Made by a program: the position numbers and the translations under genes. From positions 63,401 to 90,236 of the forward strand of contig JBBIIG010000012.1 of the NCBI GenBank assembly GCA_037446635.1: a DNA stretch of 26,836 nt, read 5' to 3'. Origin of the DNA: a bacterium (GTDB lineage: Bacteria > Zhuqueibacterota > Zhuqueibacteria > Oceanimicrobiales > Oceanimicrobiaceae). Positions 1 to 8,602 of the stretch are shown here, one piece after another (position 1 is the stretch's first letter; every line of letters starts with the position of its first letter). The notes beneath the pieces are model-generated. The model was not told the DNA's origin. It saw only the letters and a program-made list of their open reading frames with translations, and made no database searches.

Positions 1-1
1 G

Positions 2-34
2 ATGCTCGGCGTCTTGTTTGTCTTTTTCAAATGA
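2..34 (+). CDS. Possible 3' end of an upstream membrane-protein gene (partial)
   Basis: Reads ...MLGVLFVFFK-TGA at the window edge and is hydrophobic. Too short to identify. Confidence 0.3.
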   Translation: MLGVLFVFFK

Positions 35-54
35 GCATCGCCCGGAATTAAGCC

Positions 55-83
55 TTGACAAATTTCTGCACGTTCAATATATT
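55..83 (+). promoter_or_regulatory. sigma70-type promoter of the Rieske gene
   Basis: TTGACA (55-60), 17-bp spacer, TATATT (78-83). A GGAGG Shine-Dalgarno at 120-124 precedes the GTG at 131. Confidence 0.75.
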
Positions 84-130
84 CGCTTAGCAAACCCACA
101 CACAAAATTCTGAAAATCCGGAGGCACCTC

Positions 131-766
131 GTGGCTGAAGAAAAATCTCCAGCAATGGAAAACAAACCGACTTCTGATAAACCCGAACCGTCAAAAGGGC
201 ACGGCGCTGAGAAAAGCGATGACCGCGCGCTGGCGGCAAAACTGTCGCCCAAAAAACAAGTAGCAGTGGATGAACAGGGCTCGATTTGGATGTCCCGCCG
301 CAACTTTTTCAGCCGCGCCGGCTGGGTGGCGTTCTTCTCGTTCGTCGCTTCGATGCTGATCGGTTCGCTGCGCTACATGTTCCCGCGCGTGCTGTTTGAA
401 CCCTCGCCGGTTTTCAAAGCCGGTTACCCCTCGGACTATCCAGTGGGTGTGGTGAACACCAACTACGTCAAAGATAAACGCGTGTGGATCGTCCGCAGCC
501 AGGAGGGCATTTTCGCCCTGCTGGCCACCTGCACCCATCTCGGATGCACCCCGCGCTGGCTGGATGCGGAAAACAAATTCAAGTGCCCCTGCCACGGCAG
601 CGGCTTCACCCGCGAAGGCATCAACTTTGAGGGGCCGGCGCCGCGGCCTTTGGAGCGCTGCCAAATAGCTCTCGCCGAAGACGGCCAGATTCTCATCAAC
701 AAAAGTATCAAGTTTCTCGAAGAAAAAGGCGAGTGGGGCCGGCCGGGATCGATTTTGCGCGTGTAG
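131..766 (+). CDS. Rieske 2Fe-2S protein, cytochrome bc/b6f-type iron-sulfur subunit (QcrA/PetC-like)
   Basis: Rieske boxes CTHLGC and CPCHGS, GPAPRPL motif, twin-arginine-like SRRNFF followed by a TM helix. Confidence 0.93.
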   Translation: MAEEKSPAMENKPTSDKPEPSKGHGAEKSDDRALAAKLSPKKQVAVDEQGSIWMSRRNFFSRAGWVAFFSFVASMLIGSLRYMFPRVLFEPSPVFKAGYPSDYPVGVVNTNYVKDKRVWIVRSQEGIFALLATCTHLGCTPRWLDAENKFKCPCHGSGFTREGINFEGPAPRPLERCQIALAEDGQILINKSIKFLEEKGEWGRPGSILRV

Positions 767-900
767 CTGCTAAATTCAAGCCGTTCGCGTTGCGTCCTGT
801 TTTTTTTAAAAATCATTTGTGGTAAGATTTTTCCCCCCCCGCCAAATAACCCGCTCTCACGGATATTTCCAACTGCCAAATGTTGTAAATAGATGTGAGT

Positions 901-1043
901 ATGCATCTCGATTTTCAAAAAGAAGTAATTGACGCTTAGCCACCAGATTCCTATCGTGGCGGACTTCTGGGCGGAATGGTGTGTGCCGTGTCGCATGTTG
1001 GGCACCGTTCTCGAAAAGCTCGCCCAACGAGGCGAACGGGGCG
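901..1043 (+). pseudogene. Degraded thioredoxin-domain gene (Trx/CnoX-YbbN-like N-terminus)
   Basis: ATG901 gives [12 protein letters not shown] then TAG. Removing one base near 937 continues [29 protein letters not shown], and removing one more near 1025 gives NEANGA. Thioredoxin similarity is lost after that. Confidence 0.75.
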
Positions 1044-1121
1044 TACTCCGCGCAGGATTTGCCGAGCCGTGCCGCGCTCATCAAGCCCGTCTGCCTCGGG
1101 CAGGTAATTCGTGAGTAAATA

Positions 1122-2168
1122 ATGTATGCACTGATTTTTCACGGCAAACAAAACCTCCATTTCGAATCGGTTCCCGATCCTATCATTCAGCAGCCGACGG
1201 ATGTGATCGTCAAAGTCCACCTCTGTGGAATTTGCGGCTCCGATTTGCACCCGTACCACGAGCGCGAGAAGGGTCTCGATCACGGCACAGTGATGGGACA
1301 CGAATTTGTCGGCGAGATTGTGGAAATTGGCCGCGATGTTCGCACGCTGAAAAAGGGCGACCGCGTGTTTAGCCCGTTTACCACTAATTGCGGCCGCTGC
1401 TTTTTTTGCCAAAAAGGACTCACCTGCCGCTGCGTCGCGGGCCAGCTTTTCGGCTGGGTTGCGAATGGCGTCGGCTTGCAGGGCGGACAGGCGGAGTGCG
1501 TGCGCGTGCCGCTGGCTGAGTCAACATTGCTGAAAATGCCTGATGGCGTTTTGCCCGAGCAGGCGCTTTTATTGGGAGACGTCTGTTCCACCGGGTTTTT
1601 CTGCGCGGATTTGGCGGAAGCGGAACCCGGCGGCGCGTATGCCGTCATCGGCTGCGGCCCGGTGGGGTTGATGGCGATCGTCGGCGCACGTGAACGTGGG
1701 GCGGAAAAAATTTTCGCCATCGATGCGATTCCGGAACGGCTCGCGCTGGCGCAGAAATTCGGCGCGACGCCGATCCATGTTCAAATAGATGATCCAATCG
1801 AGATTCTGCGCAGCGCCACCGACGGCCGCGGCGCCGACGCAGCGATGGAAGTGGTGGGCAGTGCGGCGGCCGCAAAATTAGCGGTGAAGCTAATTCGCGC
1901 GGGCGGAATCATCGCCACTGTGGGCGTTCACACGGAACAGGAGATGGCGTTTTCGCCGGTGGAAGCCTACGACAAAAATCTCACCTACAAAATCGGCCGC
2001 TCCCCGGCGCGAGCTTATATGGAGCGACTGATTCCGCTTGTTCAAAAAAACAAATACGATTTAACGGCGATCATCACCCACCGCTGGCCGCTGAACCGCG
2101 GCGTGGAGGCCTACCAAATTTTTGATGAAAAAAAAGACGGCTGCATTAAAGTCGTGCTGATGGTTTGA
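1122..2168 (+). CDS. Zn-dependent medium-chain alcohol dehydrogenase (formaldehyde-dehydrogenase-like MDR subfamily)
   Basis: CGSDLH and GHEFVG catalytic Zn motifs, CGRCFFCQKGLTCRC structural Zn, GCGPVG Rossmann motif, C-terminal GCIKVVL. Confidence 0.92.
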   Translation: MYALIFHGKQNLHFESVPDPIIQQPTDVIVKVHLCGICGSDLHPYHEREKGLDHGTVMGHEFVGEIVEIGRDVRTLKKGDRVFSPFTTNCGRCFFCQKGLTCRCVAGQLFGWVANGVGLQGGQAECVRVPLAESTLLKMPDGVLPEQALLLGDVCSTGFFCADLAEAEPGGAYAVIGCGPVGLMAIVGARERGAEKIFAIDAIPERLALAQKFGATPIHVQIDDPIEILRSATDGRGADAAMEVVGSAAAAKLAVKLIRAGGIIATVGVHTEQEMAFSPVEAYDKNLTYKIGRSPARAYMERLIPLVQKNKYDLTAIITHRWPLNRGVEAYQIFDEKKDGCIKVVLMV

Positions 2169-2180
2169 CCAAAGCGAAAT

Positions 2181-2209
2181 CCTTGCGAAGGCTTGAAGCC
2201 TTCGCAAGG
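2181..2209. repeat. Perfect 14-bp inverted repeat (REP-like or bidirectional terminator) between convergent genes
   Basis: CCTTGCGAAGGCTT-G-AAGCCTTCGCAAGG, located between gene ends at 2168 (+) and 2228 (-). Confidence 0.8.
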
Positions 2210-2227
2210 TAGAAAATTGCCAGTGGT

Positions 2228-3247
2228 TTACTGCCCGCTGCCTCCCGGCAAATCGACGGGCTTGAAACTCTGCAGCGCCCGCATGTACTGTGCCCGCTCG
2301 AAGGCGCTGGGGTCGGGGCAATTGAGTTGGCTCATGCTGCCCTGCATCTGCAAAACCGACTCGTACTCGTGTTCTTCCATCCACTGCCGCATCCCGTTTT
2401 CGATCACGCGAATCTGATTGATGCCGTGTTTCAACAGCACCGAGCACAGCATGGTGACGTTGGCCCCCACCATCAACATTTTGATCACGTCTTCGGCTTT
2501 GTGGATGCCGCTGGTGGCGGCGAGGTCGGCTTTGATGCGGCCGTAGAGGATGGCGATCCAGCGCAGGGGTAGGCGCATGGCTTGTGGGGTGCTGAGCAGC
2601 ACCCGCGGCGCTACTTCCAAAGTTTCAAGATCGATGTCGGGTTGATAAAAACGATTGAACAGCACCAGGCCGTCGGCGCCGGCTTCGTCGAGGCGGCGGG
2701 CCATGTTGGCGAAGTTGCTGAAGAACGGACTGAGTTTCACCGCCACCGGAATGTTCACCGCGGCTTTCACTGCTTTAAGGATGTCGATGTAGGTTTCCTC
2801 CACCTGCGCGCCGGTGAGTTTCATATCCGTGGGGATGTTGTAGATGTTCAGCTCCATGGCGTCGGCGCCGGCATCTTCAAAATGTTTGGCGTACTCGCTC
2901 CACGCGCCGTCGGTGTGGGCGTTGAGACTGGCGATGATGGGAATGTCCACCGCGGCCTTGGCTTTGCGAATGTGTTCGAGGTACTCCTCTAGGCCCAGCA
3001 CGAAATCCTGCGGCTCGGGAAAATAAGTGAGGGACTCCGCAAAGCTCTCGGTGCCGTGGGTGAGATGATGATGCAGCTCATACACCTCGTGCGTGATCTG
3101 TTCTTCGAACAACGAGTGCAGCACCACGGCCGCGGCGCCGGCGTCCTCCATTTTCTTGATGTTGTCGATCTCTTCAGACAGCGGCGACGCCGACGGCGCC
3201 AGCGGGGTGCGCAGGGCCAGGCCGAGGTAGGTGGTGGTGAGGTTCAT
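2228..3247 (-). CDS. Dihydroorotate dehydrogenase-like FMN protein
   Basis: N-terminus MNLTTTYLGLAL, SASPLS, PIIASLN, ADAMELNIY, VAVKLSPFF, GLVLFNRFYQPD, C-terminal AFERAQYM. It has ELNIY rather than the ELNxSCP catalytic motif of class 1 PyrD. Confidence 0.88.
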   Translation of the reverse strand: MNLTTTYLGLALRTPLAPSASPLSEEIDNIKKMEDAGAAAVVLHSLFEEQITHEVYELHHHLTHGTESFAESLTYFPEPQDFVLGLEEYLEHIRKAKAAVDIPIIASLNAHTDGAWSEYAKHFEDAGADAMELNIYNIPTDMKLTGAQVEETYIDILKAVKAAVNIPVAVKLSPFFSNFANMARRLDEAGADGLVLFNRFYQPDIDLETLEVAPRVLLSTPQAMRLPLRWIAILYGRIKADLAATSGIHKAEDVIKMLMVGANVTMLCSVLLKHGINQIRVIENGMRQWMEEHEYESVLQMQGSMSQLNCPDPSAFERAQYMRALQSFKPVDLPGGSGQ

Positions 3248-3290
3248 GGGTTACTCCGTTTGAATTGATGATTGAATTTTGATTTTTGAT

Positions 3291-3791
3291 TCACAACCGC
3301 GCCAGCGCCAACTCGGCAATTTTTCGGAGGGAGCCGGTGTCGTCGCCGGTAATTTCGATCATATAGTGGTTGCGCTTGACAAAGTAAAGATCGTAGCGCG
3401 CGGTGTCCGAATGATAGGTGATGAAGGCATCGTCGCCCAAACCGGGTACCGGCTCGATGGGATCCTCCTGCAGAGTTTTTAAGGTATCGAAGTCGGCGGC
3501 GCGCTGGAGATGCACCACGAACACGCTGGGTTTGGAGCTGGCGGAGTCGGCCGGAAGAACGGTGTAGCGGCAGCGCTGAGCGGCGCCGGCGCCGGAATCG
3601 AACGGCCGTACGTCGCTAAGCCGCCCGCCCACGGCCACCGCCACCGAATCGCCGGGCAGCAGCTCGCACACGTTGAGATTGGCAAAATCGGGATTCTTTC
3701 CCAGCAGGCCCTGCGGTTTTTGTGAGTCGCCGCTTTGGCATCCCAGCGCCAGCTGCGCCATCATGAAAACAATCGCCATCAAGTTACGCAT
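3291..3791 (-). CDS. Predicted lipoprotein, unknown function
   Basis: Signal MRNLMAIVFMMAQLALG-C (lipobox), two further Cys and a VPGLGDDAF motif, reminiscent of DUF3558-like lipoproteins. Confidence 0.75.
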   Translation of the reverse strand: MRNLMAIVFMMAQLALGCQSGDSQKPQGLLGKNPDFANLNVCELLPGDSVAVAVGGRLSDVRPFDSGAGAAQRCRYTVLPADSASSKPSVFVVHLQRAADFDTLKTLQEDPIEPVPGLGDDAFITYHSDTARYDLYFVKRNHYMIEITGDDTGSLRKIAELALARL

Positions 3792-4897
3792 AATTCACCT
3801 CCTGAATCAATCCACGGCTGTATTTCTTCTTCAAAATATTTCTGCACGCTGCGCGGAAGCTGGCGGAAATCGTCCGCAGAGTTCGTCGTTGCCAACTCTC
3901 TTGAATTGTAGGTGTTCCAAAACAGCAGCGTTTTTTTTCTCATCTCCACATCGCGCAGATCATCCAGCAAAGCAGCGAAGGCTTTAGCAGTGTAAGTTCC
4001 ATCTAATGGAATGCCTTCGTGGGTTTGCAGCCATTCGGCGGCGCGCCGGCCGGCGTCGGTGAAAATCCCGTAGCCGCCGCCCAAATATTCGCGGCGGACG
4101 TCAAGGTCATCGTCCAACCATTCACAGCGCGGAAATGTGCGATCGCGAGCACACAGGAAATCGTTGGCGGCGCGATACAACCGCTTGATTCTTCGTTTGC
4201 TGGAATATCGCGCCGGCACAACCGCCACTGCGACGATCTGCGTTTTGAGGTGAGCCGCTTTGAGCCCCAACATCAAACCCACGGCGGTGCCGGCGGTCCC
4301 CAGCGGGACGTAAATGGAATCCGGCTCGGGAACGTCGCCGGCATCGATTTGTTGTTTGAGCTCAAACGCGGCGTTGACGTAGCCTACGATTCCCAGAGTG
4401 GAGGTTCCGCCGGGAAAAATAATTTTCGGAAACCGCCTGTCTTTGATTTTGTATCGCAGCAGTTGCCAGCCAGCGGCGAACAACCAACTCGCAAGATGGC
4501 AGCAGTGGTGCAGCTCGGCGCCGCAGCGGTGGCTCGCTAACAAATTTTGACGAACGGTCTCGGCGTTGGGCTGGGGCAAGAGAATTGAAACAGAGGATAA
4601 CCCCAACGTGCGCGCAAAAACGGCGGCGGCCAGTGTTTGGTGTGAGCCGGCGTATCCAAACGTGAGAACGCGTTGGCAACCTTTGAGCTTCGTCTCTCCT
4701 AAAAGAAATTCCAGTTTGCGAATTTTATTGCCGCCGTAAACGCGGGCGCTCAGGTCGTCGCGTTTGATGTAAACCTGGTCGGCTCCCCAATGTGCGCCCA
4801 ACGCGCTGAGTCGGTGCACGGGTGTGGGAAATTCACCGAGGGCGAGGTACGGCAATTTTTTTGCAAGCATCGGGTAGTGGGTAAAAAGCGGAATCAT
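3779..4897 (-). CDS. PLP-dependent D-cysteine desulfhydrase/ACC deaminase family protein
   Basis: PTPV...YIKRDD...YGGNKIRKLEFL (PLP lysine), GTAGTAVGL, GGGYG, EGIPLDGTYTAKA. Thr rather than Glu follows the Tyr, so it is unlikely to be a true ACC deaminase. Confidence 0.88.
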   Translation of the reverse strand: MIPLFTHYPMLAKKLPYLALGEFPTPVHRLSALGAHWGADQVYIKRDDLSARVYGGNKIRKLEFLLGETKLKGCQRVLTFGYAGSHQTLAAAVFARTLGLSSVSILLPQPNAETVRQNLLASHRCGAELHHCCHLASWLFAAGWQLLRYKIKDRRFPKIIFPGGTSTLGIVGYVNAAFELKQQIDAGDVPEPDSIYVPLGTAGTAVGLMLGLKAAHLKTQIVAVAVVPARYSSKRRIKRLYRAANDFLCARDRTFPRCEWLDDDLDVRREYLGGGYGIFTDAGRRAAEWLQTHEGIPLDGTYTAKAFAALLDDLRDVEMRKKTLLFWNTYNSRELATTNSADDFRQLPRSVQKYFEEEIQPWIDSGGELCVT

Positions 4898-5547
4898 TTG
4901 TTTTCAAGAATTTCGATTCGCGTTTTCATCACATCAGAAAAATTCTGAAACTCATAATGCTCGATGCGTTGCTCACGACAGAATTCCAGCAAATCGCGGC
5001 CGCGTTTCGCAAATACCACGTCGGCCGCGCGCGCGCCGCAGCGATCCGAAAGCCCATCGCCGATATAAACGACGCGGTTGCCGCCAGCCTTCGCCTGCCG
5101 CACGTGGTAGCCTTTGCAGTTGCCGCAGCGGCCGCAGCCGAATTCAAAATAAGGAAAGGCCGGACGAATCTGATTTTCATCGACAAAAATCAGATGATTT
5201 GCCCGCACCTGCAACCGCCAATCAAGATGGTGATTTTTTAGAATTCGTTCAATATAAAAATCGAGACCGTCGCTGACGATCTCGATTTCAATCTCGCGCG
5301 AGTGACAATAATCAACGAAATCCCCGAAATGGGGATCGAGCTTTTGGCGGTCGATGAAACTTTCCAACTCCGCTCCGGAAACCCGCACCGATTCGCATTC
5401 GCGCAGCAAACACTCGCGGGAAGAAATTTTCCCCTCTTTCCATAAGTTCACAGCCGCGATGACGCGCCCGTCGCCAAAGGTTTGAAAGAGCAAATTGCCG
5501 ACGTCGTTCTGGGCGGCGGTGCCGTCAAAGTCACAGATGATTTTCAT
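4894..5547 (-). CDS. HAD-IB phosphatase, MtnX (HK-MTPenyl-1-P phosphatase)-like
   Basis: Motif I CDFDGT, motif II VSDG, CGRCGNCK, motif IV YIGDGLSD, ADVVFAK. ATGA overlap with the next gene. Confidence 0.85.
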   Translation of the reverse strand: MKIICDFDGTAAQNDVGNLLFQTFGDGRVIAAVNLWKEGKISSRECLLRECESVRVSGAELESFIDRQKLDPHFGDFVDYCHSREIEIEIVSDGLDFYIERILKNHHLDWRLQVRANHLIFVDENQIRPAFPYFEFGCGRCGNCKGYHVRQAKAGGNRVVYIGDGLSDRCGARAADVVFAKRGRDLLEFCREQRIEHYEFQNFSDVMKTRIEILENK

Positions 5548-5569
5548 TATTTATTGGATTCTCATTTTG

Positions 5570-5632
5570 GCCACGGAGACTCCGAGGGCACAGAGTAATA
5601 AAAAATCTCCGCGATCTCCGTGCCTTTGTGGC
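5570..5632. repeat. Imperfect hairpin built from CACRGAG-type subrepeats
   Basis: Arms GCCACGGAGACTCCGAGGGCACAGAG (5570-5595) and CTCCGCGATCTCCGTGCCTTTGTGGC (5607-5632), 17/26 complementary by hand count, AT-rich loop. Confidence 0.65.
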
Positions 5633-5639
5633 AATTTAT

Positions 5640-5669
5640 AAAAAAATCGCCCACCACTGAGGTAGGCGA
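5640..5669 (-). terminator. Rho-independent terminator downstream of ppdK
   Basis: - strand reads TCGCCTACC-TCAGT-GGTGGGCGA (one U-G pair) followed by T7. Confidence 0.7.
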
Positions 5670-5686
5670 GCAATTTTTCAAAAGAA

Positions 5687-5718
5687 TGGTAGGGGCAATT
5701 CATGAATTGCCCCTACCA
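5687..5718. repeat. Perfect 32-bp palindrome, GTAG-family REP-like element
   Basis: TGGTAGGGGCAATTCA|TGAATTGCCCCTACCA, with GTAG...CTAC ends, 22 bp downstream of the ppdK stop. Confidence 0.8.
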
Positions 5719-5740
5719 GCAGGACAAGTTAAAACCTGTC

Positions 5741-8449
5741 TTACTTCTTTTCTTCAATCACGGCCTGCGCCGCCGCCAGTCGTGCAATGGGTACCCGGAA
5801 CGGTGAGCAGCTCACGTAATCCATGCCGACGCGGTGGCAGAATTTCACCGAGTCCGGGTCGCCGCCGTGTTCGCCGCAAATGCCGACTTTCAGATTCGCG
5901 CGCACTTTGCGGCCCTTTTCCACGCCCATGGCAATGAGTTGGCCCACGCCCTGTTGGTCGATGGTTTGGAACGGATCCACCGGCAGAATTTTTTTCTCGA
6001 GATAATCGTAGAGGAATTTGCCGGCGTCGTCGCGCGAATAGCCGAAGGTCATCTGCGTCAAATCGTTGGTGCCGTAGGAGAAGAACTCGGCGCTTTGCGC
6101 AATCTGATCCGCCACCAATGCGGCGCGCGGCACTTCGATCATCGTGCCCACTAAATAGTTGAGCTTGATCTTTTTCTCCGCCATCACTTCCTGCGCCACG
6201 CGATCGATGATCTGCTTTTGATTCTCAAATTCCGTTTTCAAACCCGTGAGCGGAATCATGATCTCCGGCAGCACTTGAATGCCCTCGGCCACGCACTGCG
6301 CCGCGGCTTCGATGATCGCGCGCGCTTGCATTTCCGTGATCTCCGGATAGGTGATGCCCAATCGGCAGCCGCGGTGCCCCAACATCGGATTGAATTCATG
6401 CAGGGATTCCACTTTCATTTTCACCGCTTCCACTGAAACGCCCAAGCGCTGCGCCATCTCTTTCTGCGTGGCGGGCTCATTGGGCACAAATTCATGCAGT
6501 GGCGGATCCAGCAGGCGAATGGTCACCGGCCGGTGCTGCATCACTTTGAAAATCTCATAAAAATCCTGCCGCTGCATGGGCAGCAATTTCGCCAGCGCTT
6601 TCTTTCTGCCGGCGACGTCCTCGGCCATGATCATCTCGCGCATAGCCCAGATGCGCTCGCCAAAGAACATGTGCTCGGTGCGACACAGGCCAATGCCCTC
6701 GGCGCCAAACTTGACCGCGGCCGCGGCGTCGGCGGGGGTGTCGGCGTTGGTGCGCACTTTCAGCCGGCGGATTTCATCGGCCCAGGTGAGGAGCTGCTTA
6801 TAATATTCGTTGCGCTCCGGGTCGATGGTGACCAGGGGAAGCTGGCCTTCGTAAATCAATCCTTTGGTGCCGTTGAGGGTGATCCAGTCGCCCTCTTTCA
6901 ATTTCTTATCACGAAAGTAAGCGACCTTCTTTTCCATATCGATCGACAAATCGCCGCAGCCGACGATGCAGCACTTGCCCCAGCCGCGCGCCACCAACGC
7001 CGCGTGACTGGTCATGCCGCCTTTGGAGGTGAGAATGGCCTGCGCCGGCTTCATGCCGTGCACGTCTTCCGGGCTGGTTTCTTCGCGCACGAGAATGACT
7101 TTTTCGCCTTTGGTGCCAAGCTGCTCGGCGAGGTCCGCAGTGAAGACGATTTTGCCGGTGGCGCCACCGGGGCCGGCCGGCAAGCCTTTGGCGATGGGCG
7201 AGTGCGAAGCTTCGGCTTTGGGATCGACCATCGGGTGCAGCAGTTCATCCAACTGAGAAGGCTTCACGCGACTGATGGCCACCTCTTTGGTGATGAGGCC
7301 TTCGCGCTGCATCTCCACGGCCATGCGAGTAGCGGCGATGCCGTTGCGCTTGCCGACGCGGGTTTGCAGCATCCAGAGTTTGCCATCCTCGATGGTGAAT
7401 TCCAAATCCTGCATGTCTTTGTAATGGGTCTCGAGTTTGGTGCGGATGGCCTCCAACTGTTTGTAGGTCTCCGGCATCACCTCTTCGAGCGAGGGGAGAT
7501 GACGATTGTTGTCGCTCTTGGATTTGATGTTGACGGCGTTGGGCGTGCGGATTCCCGCCACCACGTCTTCACCCTGGGCGTTCACCAGCCACTCGCCGTA
7601 GAAATAATTTTCGCCGGTGCCGGGGTCGCGGGTGAAGGCGACGCCGGTGGCGGACTTGTCGCCGGTGTTGCCGAACACCATCGCCTGCACGTTGACGGCG
7701 GTGCCCCAATCATCCGGGATGCCTTCGATGCGGCGATAGGCGATGGCGCGCTTGCCGTTCCACGATTGAAACACCGCGGAAATGCCGCCCCAGAGCTGCT
7801 CGTGGGCATCATCGGGAAATTCTTTGCCCAACACTTCTTTAACCTTCACTTTCATGCGCTCGGTTAGCGCCTGCAAATCCTCGGCGGTCAAATCGGTGTC
7901 GCTTTGGTAGCCTTTTTTGTGTTTGACCTCTTCGAGCAGATGTTCGAGCTGCAGGCGCACGCCCCTCCCTTCCTGAACTTCCACGCCGGCGGCTTTCTCC
8001 ATCACCACGTCGCTATACATGGCGATGAGCCGGCGATAGGAATCGTACACAAAGCGCGGGTTGTTGGTTTTTTTGATGAGACCCGGAATGGTTTTGCTGG
8101 TGAGTCCGATGTTGAGCACGGTTTCCATCATGCCAGGCATGGAACTGCGGGCGCCGGAGCGCACCGAAAATAGCAGCGGATTTTCCGGATGGCCAAATTT
8201 CTTGCCCAGAATCTTCTCGACTTGTTGGAGAGCTTCTTCGACCTGTTTCTTCAACTCGTCCGGGAGCCGGCGATTATTCTGGTAGTAGTAGGTGCAGACC
8301 TCCGTGGTGATGGTGAAACCCGGCGGCACCGGCAGGCCCAGGTTGGACATTTCGGCCAGGTTGGCGCCTTTGCCACCCAACAGGTTTTTCATGTCGGCGC
8401 GCCCCTCGGCCTTGCCGTCTCCAAAAAAATAAACATACTTTGCAGCCAT
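5741..8449 (-). CDS. ppdK: Pyruvate, phosphate dikinase
   Basis: LLGGKGANLAEM, SVRSGA, GEDVVAGIRTP, phospho-His motif GGMTSHAA, GIGLCRTEHMF, GTNDLTQ, GICGEHGG. GGAGG SD. Confidence 0.98.
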   Translation of the reverse strand: MAAKYVYFFGDGKAEGRADMKNLLGGKGANLAEMSNLGLPVPPGFTITTEVCTYYYQNNRRLPDELKKQVEEALQQVEKILGKKFGHPENPLLFSVRSGARSSMPGMMETVLNIGLTSKTIPGLIKKTNNPRFVYDSYRRLIAMYSDVVMEKAAGVEVQEGRGVRLQLEHLLEEVKHKKGYQSDTDLTAEDLQALTERMKVKVKEVLGKEFPDDAHEQLWGGISAVFQSWNGKRAIAYRRIEGIPDDWGTAVNVQAMVFGNTGDKSATGVAFTRDPGTGENYFYGEWLVNAQGEDVVAGIRTPNAVNIKSKSDNNRHLPSLEEVMPETYKQLEAIRTKLETHYKDMQDLEFTIEDGKLWMLQTRVGKRNGIAATRMAVEMQREGLITKEVAISRVKPSQLDELLHPMVDPKAEASHSPIAKGLPAGPGGATGKIVFTADLAEQLGTKGEKVILVREETSPEDVHGMKPAQAILTSKGGMTSHAALVARGWGKCCIVGCGDLSIDMEKKVAYFRDKKLKEGDWITLNGTKGLIYEGQLPLVTIDPERNEYYKQLLTWADEIRRLKVRTNADTPADAAAAVKFGAEGIGLCRTEHMFFGERIWAMREMIMAEDVAGRKKALAKLLPMQRQDFYEIFKVMQHRPVTIRLLDPPLHEFVPNEPATQKEMAQRLGVSVEAVKMKVESLHEFNPMLGHRGCRLGITYPEITEMQARAIIEAAAQCVAEGIQVLPEIMIPLTGLKTEFENQKQIIDRVAQEVMAEKKIKLNYLVGTMIEVPRAALVADQIAQSAEFFSYGTNDLTQMTFGYSRDDAGKFLYDYLEKKILPVDPFQTIDQQGVGQLIAMGVEKGRKVRANLKVGICGEHGGDPDSVKFCHRVGMDYVSCSPFRVPIARLAAAQAVIEEKK

Positions 8450-8521
8450 TTTACCTCCGATGTTTAATCATAAAATCTCAGTGAATTATCATGAAGCAAA
8501 TGTTGTTTGATTTCTGAATTT

Positions 8522-8602
8522 CTACTTTTGAAGAATTATCTTTCCAGACTTTACATTGCCACTGGCTTCGAGCCGATACAGATAAACACCGCTGGGCAAA
8601 TG
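8522..8602 (-). pseudogene. Out-of-frame remnant of the C-terminal sorting (FlgD-Ig/T9SS type A-like) domain of the M43 protease gene
   Basis: - strand 8602->8522 translates HLPSGVYLYRLEASGNVKSGKIILQK-TAG, a typical CTD ending. It overlaps the last codons of 8551..10698 in another frame. Confidence 0.8.

Noticed and set aside
779..840. T8 run as the Rieske terminator and C8 run as a phase-variation tract
   Set aside because: No convincing stem precedes the T-run, and the C8 tract is short and not demonstrably within a promoter or ORF.
2228..3247. Calling this gene pyrD
   Set aside because: It lacks the catalytic Cys/Ser loop motif of true dihydroorotate dehydrogenases and has no pyr gene context.
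3779..4897. Calling this gene acdS (ACC deaminase)
   Set aside because: The diagnostic Glu of the DPVYEGK motif is Thr here (DGTYTAK).
6494..7867. 457-aa + strand ORF, and similar antisense ORFs such as 15866..16672, 24779..25651 and 12269..12817
   Set aside because: They lie antisense to well-conserved genes (ppdK, ino1, ALDH, S41 protease), have no motifs, and are expected shadows of GC-rich codon bias.
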